Below, in pieces: positions 6,999 to 12,085 of a stretch of 12,085 bases of DNA (the stretch's first letter is position 1; every line of letters starts with the position of its first letter). The position numbers and the translations under genes were made by a program. The notes under the pieces are model-generated. The model made no database searches. It saw nothing but the letters and a program-made list of their open reading frames with translations, and was not told where the DNA came from. Source of the stretch: a virus (taxonomy: Duplodnaviria > Heunggongvirae > Uroviricota > Caudoviricetes); the IMG/VR virus record IMGVR_UViG_2529293043_000033, one strand, 5' to 3'.

Positions 6999-7295
6999 GT
7001 GAGGGTTTATATCGCCGGTCCGATGACGGGATATGAAAATTTTAACCGCGAGGCATTTCACAAAACGGAAGAGGTGCTGAAACGGGAAGGGCATACCGTT
7101 TTAAACCCGGCAGTACTTCCGGACGGGCTGACTCAGCCACACTACATGGATATTTGCATGGCAATGCTCCGTTGCGTGGATGCGGTTTACATGCTGAAAG
7201 GCTGGCAGCAGTCGGCAGGTGCAGGGGCTGAGCTGGCACTGGAGGAGAAACCGGGCCATGCGGTGATTTTTCAGGAGGTGGGCAGTGAATATTGA
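6999..7295 (+). CDS. DUF4406-like protein (nucleoside 2-deoxyribosyltransferase-like fold)
   Basis: VYIAGPMTG N-terminal motif with a downstream W..S.G.GAE pattern. GTG 6999 with AGGAG 7 nt upstream (the track's GTG 6993 has no usable spacing). Confidence 0.6.
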   Translation: MRVYIAGPMTGYENFNREAFHKTEEVLKREGHTVLNPAVLPDGLTQPHYMDICMAMLRCVDAVYMLKGWQQSAGAGAELALEEKPGHAVIFQEVGSEY

Positions 7296-7602
7296 CCCGG
7301 CGATAACGATTGATATGGCCCTGAACGCCGGCCTGGCACTTCTTGGTTATTTCTACATTATGTTCTGCAGCGGACGATGGCTGTCACTGTTGTTCATGAA
7401 AAAATGGAATAAACGCCGTAAGCAGGAGCAACGCCAGAAGGCAATGGATGCATTTTTCGAAGCCTTCGGAATTGACGGCATGGAACCAGGGGATCCAGCT
7501 CGCGCAATCAGCAGAGGGGGTGTAGTAATCCTTGTATATCGGAGTGAAGAGAAAAATGACGATCACAAAACAACGTGTAGAAGAAATCATATCCCGCATT
7601 GA
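7285..7602 (+). CDS. Hypothetical small membrane protein
   Basis: GTG 7285 with AGGAGG 6 nt upstream. Predicted TM helix ALNAGLALLGYFYIMFCSGRWLSLLFM followed by a basic stretch. The 3' end overlaps the next gene by about 47 bp, so its extent is uncertain. Confidence 0.4.
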   Translation: MNIDPAITIDMALNAGLALLGYFYIMFCSGRWLSLLFMKKWNKRRKQEQRQKAMDAFFEAFGIDGMEPGDPARAISRGGVVILVYRSEEKNDDHKTTCRRNHIPH

Positions 7603-7873
7603 AATGTATGGACATGGTGCAGGGTATATCGCAGACGAGGTTAATGATCTGGCTATACTGGCGCTGAATTTATCAAATATCGCGAACCTGAAGCGATACG
7701 AGCTTGATATGGGAGGTTGCGACTCGTGCGGTCAGGATTGTGGCGCTGATATGACTGAAGATCCTGATGGTGATTATGTCCTGTTTGATGACGTGGTTAA
7801 GTTGTTTGAATTTGATACAACCACTCAAAAGTTAGAAATCCCGGCAAAGGAGGCAGCCAGTGGGCAAGATTGA
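7556..7873 (+). CDS. Hypothetical acidic protein
   Basis: ATG 7556 preceded by GGAGTGAAGAG. 105 aa with a CDSCGQDCG cysteine cluster and an acidic C-terminus. Confidence 0.5.
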   Translation: MTITKQRVEEIISRIEMYGHGAGYIADEVNDLAILALNLSNIANLKRYELDMGGCDSCGQDCGADMTEDPDGDYVLFDDVVKLFEFDTTTQKLEIPAKEAASGQD

Positions 7874-8297
7874 CTATCAGGCACTGCGTGAGGCAGCACA
7901 AAACTATCAATCGACGCTGGCGTGGTATCAGGCTACCCCGGACAGCCCAAATGCTGAACGGGATTGTGATGCGGCTCTTGCTGCGTTTAAGCGTCACATC
8001 CGTCATCGGGAAGCGGATATTATCGCTGATTTGCTGGATGGACTGGAAGAAGCAAAATCACAACTCAACGAGCAGCGTGAGTATTACGAAGGCGTTATCT
8101 CTGATGGGAGCAAGCGTATTGCTGAACTGGAAGCGCGGGAAGTTCAATTACCGACTCGCTACGACCTTCGATATGGACACCCGATAAATGCAGATGAGCG
8201 ACATGTCATGATACCTAAAGAAAATGGCAGTTGGCTTTACCTGATTGACCTAGAACACGCATTACGCGTCGCTGGCATTCGCATCAAAGGAGAGTGA
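7860..8297 (+). CDS. Ea22-like prophage protein (N-terminal QALREAA motif)
   Basis: GTG 7860 with AAGGAGG 6 nt upstream; overlaps the upstream gene by 14 bp. N-terminus IDYQALREAAQNY is characteristic of the E. coli prophage ead/Ea22-like family. Confidence 0.55.
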   Translation: MGKIDYQALREAAQNYQSTLAWYQATPDSPNAERDCDAALAAFKRHIRHREADIIADLLDGLEEAKSQLNEQREYYEGVISDGSKRIAELEAREVQLPTRYDLRYGHPINADERHVMIPKENGSWLYLIDLEHALRVAGIRIKGE

Positions 8298-8298
8298 G

Positions 8299-8490
8299 AT
8301 GAACGGACAAATATCAATTGTTCGACCAGGAGCATGTGACGATCGCGAAATACGAATGATTATTCGTCTGGCGATGGGGAAAACAATAACTGCTCTCATT
8401 ACTCCAGAAAATCTCGCATTAGCATTAACAGGAAAGTCAGACATGCCAGTAGAGCTAAAGCTGCGAAATGTTGAGATTAAGGTGAAATAG
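8299..8490 (+). CDS. Hypothetical small protein (63 aa)
   Basis: ATG 8299 with AGGAG upstream, starting 1 nt after the preceding stop; tightly packed between neighbouring genes. Confidence 0.5.
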   Translation: MNGQISIVRPGACDDREIRMIIRLAMGKTITALITPENLALALTGKSDMPVELKLRNVEIKVK

Positions 8491-8492
8491 CT

Positions 8493-9080
8493 ATGACCAC
8501 TATTACCAAAGATCGACTGCTGACAATCCAGCATTGGCGCGAAACATACGGACCGGGTAGCAACGTTGTGCTTCCAGCAGAAGAAGCGGAAGAGCTGGCA
8601 CGGATTGCGCTGGCATCACTGGCAGCAGTATCGGATGAACGAGCAGCCTATGAATTATTTATGGAGAAGCGTTTCGGAGAATCTGTAGATCGCCGCAGAG
8701 CAAAAAATGGCGATAGAGATTACATGGTATGGGATATGGCGCTTGGCTGGATTATCTGGTGTCACCGCGCCGCCATGCTTCAGGCTGGAAACTTTCGGGA
8801 AAATAAGGGTTCGTCAACCAATAATTTTCGGGAAATCTCGGAAACGTCAACCAACTATCCGGTAACTCCGGATGGTTGGATAAGCTGTAGTGAGCGAATG
8901 CCGGATGATGGTCAGCACGTAATTATTTTATGTGATGGCGCATTCGTTCTTTATGCGCAATATCGAGACGGTGAGTTTTTTGATGTAGTCCGTAATGGTG
9001 ATGAATTTTTCGAAACACAGAGCCGCAATGTAACCGACTGGATGCCGCTACCAGAACCGCCGCAGGAGGTGCGCCAATGA
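8493..9080 (+). CDS. DUF551-domain prophage protein
   Basis: C-terminal motif TDWMPLPEPP typical of DUF551; starts 2 nt after the preceding stop. Confidence 0.65.
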   Translation: MTTITKDRLLTIQHWRETYGPGSNVVLPAEEAEELARIALASLAAVSDERAAYELFMEKRFGESVDRRRAKNGDRDYMVWDMALGWIIWCHRAAMLQAGNFRENKGSSTNNFREISETSTNYPVTPDGWISCSERMPDDGQHVIILCDGAFVLYAQYRDGEFFDVVRNGDEFFETQSRNVTDWMPLPEPPQEVRQ

Positions 9081-9160
9081 TCTGGCCTGAAGCCTTTGCA
9101 ATTACAGGCGTTGCTATAGCTATTGATTTTTTAGTATATGTTATTTGTCGGTGGGGGTAA
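9077..9160 (+). CDS. Small hydrophobic peptide (27 aa, MIWPEAFAITGVAIAIDFLVYVICRWG), not in the ORF track
   Basis: ATG 9077 overlaps the DUF551 stop (ATGA); AGGAGG at 9064-9069 gives a 7-nt spacer. One predicted TM helix. Confidence 0.4.
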   Translation: MIWPEAFAITGVAIAIDFLVYVICRWG

Positions 9161-9195
9161 AAACGTTCGCCGGGATTCACACCAAAGGAGGGAAT

Positions 9196-9300
9196 ATGTC
9201 GGATGATATTTCACTGGCAATGGAAGGTGCGCTGGCTGTTATTGCTGTTGTGGGCGTTTACTGCCTGGTTGTGTTTTTGATGGATCGACTAGGGAACTGA
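9196..9300 (+). CDS. Small membrane peptide (34 aa, MSDDISLAMEGALAVIAVVGVYCLVVFLMDRLGN), not in the ORF track
   Basis: ATG 9196 preceded by AAAGGAGGG. One predicted TM helix. Followed immediately by a perfect 22-bp palindrome. Confidence 0.45.
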   Translation: MSDDISLAMEGALAVIAVVGVYCLVVFLMDRLGN

Positions 9301-9308
9301 ATTCATTA

Positions 9309-9330
9309 CGATATGGGAATTCCCATATCG
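9309..9330. repeat. Perfect 22-bp palindrome CGATATGGGAATTCCCATATCG
   Basis: Read directly; self-complementary around GAATTC. Lies between the second small peptide and the putative hok promoter; no U-tract follows. Confidence 0.7.
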
Positions 9331-9342
9331 GGTAAAAACGGT

Positions 9343-9370
9343 TTGCGGTAAAGCGAGAGTTAAGTAGAAT
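9343..9370 (+). promoter_or_regulatory. Candidate hok mRNA promoter
   Basis: -35 TTGCGG (9343-9348), 16-bp spacer, -10 TAGAAT (9365-9370). A transcript from here to the terminator at about 9796 would be about 420 nt, the expected hok mRNA size. Confidence 0.35.
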
Positions 9371-9429
9371 TGCTGCGGGTGCTTGAGGCTGTCTGCCTCG
9401 GGCATGCCACCGTAAGGTAGACAGAGAAA

Positions 9430-9497
9430 AGCCCCAGTTAACATTACGCGTCCTGCAAGACGCCTAACATTAATCTGAGGCCAATTTCATGCTAGAC
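9430..9497 (-). ncRNA. Candidate Sok-like antisense RNA (approximate extent)
   Basis: Minus-strand promoter candidate -35 TTGCCT (9532-9527), 17-bp spacer, -10 TAACCT (9509-9504), placing an antisense transcript over the mok/hok leader and start region as in hok/sok loci. The 3' end was not resolved. Confidence 0.3.
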
Positions 9498-9545
9498 ACA
9501 TGTAGGTTAGCCTCTTACGCGCCGAAAGGCAAGGAGAAGCAGGCT

Positions 9546-9701
9546 ATGAAGCAGCAAAAGGCGATGTTAATCGCCCTGATCGTCATCTGTATCACCGTCA
9601 TAGTGACGGCACTGGTAACGAGGAAAGACCTCTGCGAGGTACGAATCCGAACCGGCCAGACGGAGGTCGCTGTCTTCACAGCTTACGAACCTGAGGAGTA
9701 A
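9546..9701 (+). CDS. hokD: Hok/Gef-family type I toxin (HokD/RelF-like)
   Basis: 51-aa product MKQQKAMLIALIVICITVIVTALVTRKDLCEVRIRTGQTEVAVFTAYEPEE, near-identical to HokD/RelF as I recall it. AGGAG 9 nt upstream of ATG 9546. An in-frame upstream ATG at 9489 gives a mok-like leader frame. Confidence 0.85.
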   Translation: MKQQKAMLIALIVICITVIVTALVTRKDLCEVRIRTGQTEVAVFTAYEPEE

Positions 9702-9770
9702 GAGACCCGGCGAGGGAGAAATCCCTCGCCACCTCTGATGAATCAGGCATCCTCAACGCACCCGCACTTA

Positions 9771-9796
9771 ACCCGCTTCGGCGGGTTTTGTTTTTT
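9771..9796 (+). terminator. Rho-independent terminator of the hok transcript
   Basis: CCCGC-TTCG-GCGGG stem-loop (9772-9785) followed by TTTTGTTTTTT. Preceded by an fbi-like hairpin GGCGAGGGA-GAAA-TCCCTCGCC at 9709-9730. Confidence 0.75.
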
Positions 9797-9868
9797 CCTG
9801 GCATTCTGGTTTACAATTCGCACGCCAGCCTGAACAACTGGCACCTGCTGCGCCAGCAGAGACAACCG

Positions 9869-10147
9869 ATGGCGCACGATACCAAATTATACAATTCTGA
9901 TGATTCTGCCGTCTTTGCCAGCAGGCGCGGACGGTGTTTTCACGCATTCAAATCTGACTGGTACCAGCATCCCCCATGCACTGAAGAACAGGCCGAATGG
10001 CTCATTCAGTGTTACCGCAGGCGCGGATGCGAGGTTAAAAAAGCCCTTAGCCTCGACTACCGTCACTGGATAATCTCCGTCAGGCTCCCTTACTCCGAAC
10101 GGCCACCGCGTCCGTCCCGCACATTCCAGCAACGGATCTGGAGGTAA
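9869..10147 (+). CDS. Hypothetical protein, Rem-like by position (follows hok as in Qin prophage)
   Basis: First ATG after the terminator (9869), 92 aa. The track's 9788 start lies inside the terminator. Cysteine-rich (C..H ... PPC ... C..RRGC). Assignment is by synteny only. Confidence 0.45.
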   Translation: MAHDTKLYNSDDSAVFASRRGRCFHAFKSDWYQHPPCTEEQAEWLIQCYRRRGCEVKKALSLDYRHWIISVRLPYSERPPRPSRTFQQRIWR

Positions 10148-10148
10148 T

Positions 10149-10832
10149 GTGCGGGTATTACTTCGACCTGTTCTGGTACCGGAACTCGGTCTGGTTATCG
10201 TTAAGCCAGGCCGTGAATCAATGTCAGCATTCCATAACGGCAGAATACTGGTGGAGCCGGAACCAAAAAGCATGCGAGCTCTGCCGTCCGGGGTTGTACC
10301 TGCCGTTCACCAGCCGCTGGCGGAAGATAAATCACTACTGCCATTTTTCAGCGATGAGCGGGTGATCCGTGCTGCGGGTGGCGCTGGTGCACTGTCTGAC
10401 TGGTTATTACGTCACGTGAAATCCTGCCAGTGGCTACACGGTGATTATCATCATAGCGAAACCGTCATTCACCGTTACGGTACCGGCGCGATGGTGTTGT
10501 GCTGGCACTGCGACAACCAGCTGCGGGAGCAGACATCTGATTCACTGGATCAACTTGCTCAACAGAATCTGGCCGCCTGGATGATTGACATCATCCGTCA
10601 CGCAATGAATGGCGCACAGGAGCGTGAATTATCTCTGGCTGAATTATCCTGGTGGGCGGTCCGCAATCAGGTGGCGGACGCGCTACCGGAAGCGGTATTA
10701 CGTCGTTCGCTGGGGTTGCGTGCGGAAAAAATCCGCTCCGTATACCGTGAAAGCGACATCATACCGGGAGAACAGACCGCCACCAGCATACTGAAGCAGC
10801 GCACAAAAAATATTGCGCTACCGTCTCACTGA
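10149..10832 (+). pseudogene. DUF968-like protein (YdfU-like), 3'-truncated by IS insertion
   Basis: GTG 10149 with GGAGG 6 nt upstream. Contains a CQWLHGDYHH ... CWHCDNQ zinc-finger-like motif. The ORF runs to the IS boundary and its stop codon TGA (10830-10832) is the first three bases of the IS inverted repeat; K-12 YdfU is about 349 aa versus 227 here. Confidence 0.6.
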
Positions 10833-10871
10833 ACCGCCCCGGGTTTCCTGGAGAGTGTTTTATCTGTGAAC

Positions 10872-11762
10872 TCAGGCTGCCAGATCATCGTTTCCGATGG
10901 AAGCATAATAAGCTTTTTCTGCTTCTGCCGGAGGAGTATGGCCCAGCCTTCCCAGCAATCGTCGATTGTTATACCAGTCCACCCACGTTAGTGTGGCCAG
11001 TTCCACTTCTGCACGGTTTTTCCAGCTCTTACGGTGTATTACCTCCGCTTTGTAAAGACCATTGATGCTCTCAGCCATCGCGTTGTCATACGAGTCGCCT
11101 GTACTCCCTGTTGATGCCAGTAATCCGGCTTCTTTTAGTCGCTCCGTATAGGCCAGTGACACATACTGAGAGCCTTTATCGCTGTGATGGATGGTGCCAG
11201 ACGGACGACGGGCCCACAACGCCTGCTCCAGCGCATCCAGCACGAATGTCGTTTCCATAGACGATGAGACCCGCCACCCCACGATGTATCCGGCAAACAC
11301 ATCAATGATAAACGCCACATAGACGAAGCCCTGCCATGTGCTGACGTAAGTAAAATCAGCCACCCACAGCTGGTCAGGTCGTTCTGCCACGAACTGACGG
11401 TTTACGCGGTCGCCTGCGGCAACGGCTTTCCGGCTGATGGTCGTACGGACCTTTTTACCCCGGAGAACACCGGCAAGTCCCATAACCGCCATGAGACGTG
11501 CCACTGTACATCTGGCCACCCTGATTCCTTCCCGTAACAACTGACGCCAGACTTTACGCACACCGTACACCTGATGATTTTCATCGTATACGCGCTGTAT
11601 CTCTCTCTTCAGCCAGTCGTCGTGCTGCGCACGGGCACTGCGTTTATCCGGATGATGTCGCTGTTGCTGACAATGGTAATACGTTGACGGGGCAATATGC
11701 AGTTCGCTGCATACCGGTCCGACCCCGTACTGCTCACGCAGCTTATCCAGCAGTGGCATCAT
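10872..11762 (-). CDS. IS3-family transposase OrfB (DDE/integrase catalytic domain)
   Basis: 296 aa; DDE-type motifs (WVADFTYV ... [10 protein letters not shown]); overlaps the orfA stop (ATGA). Confidence 0.9.
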   Translation of the reverse strand: MMPLLDKLREQYGVGPVCSELHIAPSTYYHCQQQRHHPDKRSARAQHDDWLKREIQRVYDENHQVYGVRKVWRQLLREGIRVARCTVARLMAVMGLAGVLRGKKVRTTISRKAVAAGDRVNRQFVAERPDQLWVADFTYVSTWQGFVYVAFIIDVFAGYIVGWRVSSSMETTFVLDALEQALWARRPSGTIHHSDKGSQYVSLAYTERLKEAGLLASTGSTGDSYDNAMAESINGLYKAEVIHRKSWKNRAEVELATLTWVDWYNNRRLLGRLGHTPPAEAEKAYYASIGNDDLAA

Positions 11763-12085
11763 TTTTTCCAGAGGCGGTCGAACTCCGCCTTCGCAAAATA
11801 AGCGGAAGCCTGGCGAAGGATATCGTTACTGCGGCGCAGTTCACGATTTTCACGTTCCAGCTCTTTCAGACGCTGACGTTCAGCGCTGGTGAGCCCACCA
11901 TCACCGCCCCCGGTATCCCGCTCATGCTGGCGAACCCAGACACGCAGAGTCTCCGGCGTACAGCCAATCTTTGGGGCAATGGAACAAATTGCCGCCCACT
12001 GTGAGTCATATTCATCCTGACTTTCCAGAACCATACGAATCGCCCGCTGACGGACTTCGGGGGAAAAACGAGTATTTTTAGTCAT
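11759..12085 (-). CDS. IS3-family transposase OrfA (HTH and leucine zipper)
   Basis: 108 aa, [22 protein letters not shown] ... [31 protein letters not shown]. The ATG sits on the last 3 bases of the window. An A6 run at the orfA/orfB junction is the presumed -1 frameshift site. Confidence 0.9.
   Translation of the reverse strand: MTKNTRFSPEVRQRAIRMVLESQDEYDSQWAAICSIAPKIGCTPETLRVWVRQHERDTGGGDGGLTSAERQRLKELERENRELRRSNDILRQASAYFAKAEFDRLWKK

Larger units (their letters stand above)
10830..12085 (-). mobile_element. IS3-family insertion sequence, IS629/IS1203-like; right end at 10830, left end about 54 bp beyond the window
   Basis: Terminal sequence TGAACCGCCCCGGG at 10830 matches the IS629 inverted-repeat start as I recall it. 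orfA (108 aa) and orfB (296 aa) sizes fit a 1310-bp element, which would end at about 12139. Confidence 0.85.

Noticed and set aside
7042-8534. Minus-strand and alternative-frame ORFs (65-105 aa) within the accessory gene run
   Set aside because: All overlap plus-strand genes that have SD sequences and coupled starts; no independent evidence.
8923-9180. 85-aa minus-strand ORF overlapping the DUF551 3' end and the first small peptide
   Set aside because: Antisense to a coupled gene pair with good RBSs; no start signal of its own.
9489-9545. N-terminal extension of hok from the upstream ATG (mok-like frame) as a separate CDS
   Set aside because: Here it is in frame with hok rather than an overlapping frame, so I kept the 51-aa Hok as the called product and noted the leader ORF only as context.
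9788-9868. Track start of the Rem-like ORF at 9788
   Set aside because: That start lies inside the hok terminator and has no RBS; the internal ATG at 9869 is preferred.
9887-10794. Overlapping ORFs 9887-10273 (minus), 10147-10365 (plus) and 10609-10794 (plus)
   Set aside because: Alternative frames of the Rem-like and DUF968-like genes; no motifs or start signals.
11135-12004. Antisense and alternative-frame ORFs inside the IS element
   Set aside because: They lie within the well-defined orfA/orfB of an IS3-family element; shadow ORFs.

Overview
This 12.1-kb window is a segment of a lambdoid prophage (a Rac/Qin/CP-933P-like mosaic) in an Escherichia/Shigella-type genome. All calls come from reading the sequence, motif recognition and gene context; nothing was verified by database search. 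Left to right: a complete tyrosine integrase with an overlapping excisionase on the minus strand (the window starts exactly at the int stop, so the att site lies outside); a 5'-truncated DEDDh exonuclease remnant; an AT-rich, oppositely oriented gene for a coiled-coil/zinc-ribbon protein; a lambda-type immunity region (RacR-like repressor flanked by operator/promoter sets built on the palindrome ATTAGGC-N3-GCCTAAT, then YdaS/Cro-like and YdaT/CII-like genes); a replication module (O-like initiator carrying two arrays of GTCACG iterons, then a lambda P-like helicase loader); a run of tightly packed small accessory genes; two small hydrophobic peptides below the ORF-track size cutoff; a complete hok-family type I toxin locus with terminator; a Rem-like gene; and a DUF968-like gene truncated by an IS629-like (IS3 family) element that runs off the right edge. 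Most of this is recognisable phage biology. The items most worth follow-up are the AT-rich gene at 1941-2456 with its repeat-marked junction, the two strongly RBS-driven micro-peptides beside hok, and the apparent C-terminal read-through of the O-like gene into the P-like gene.
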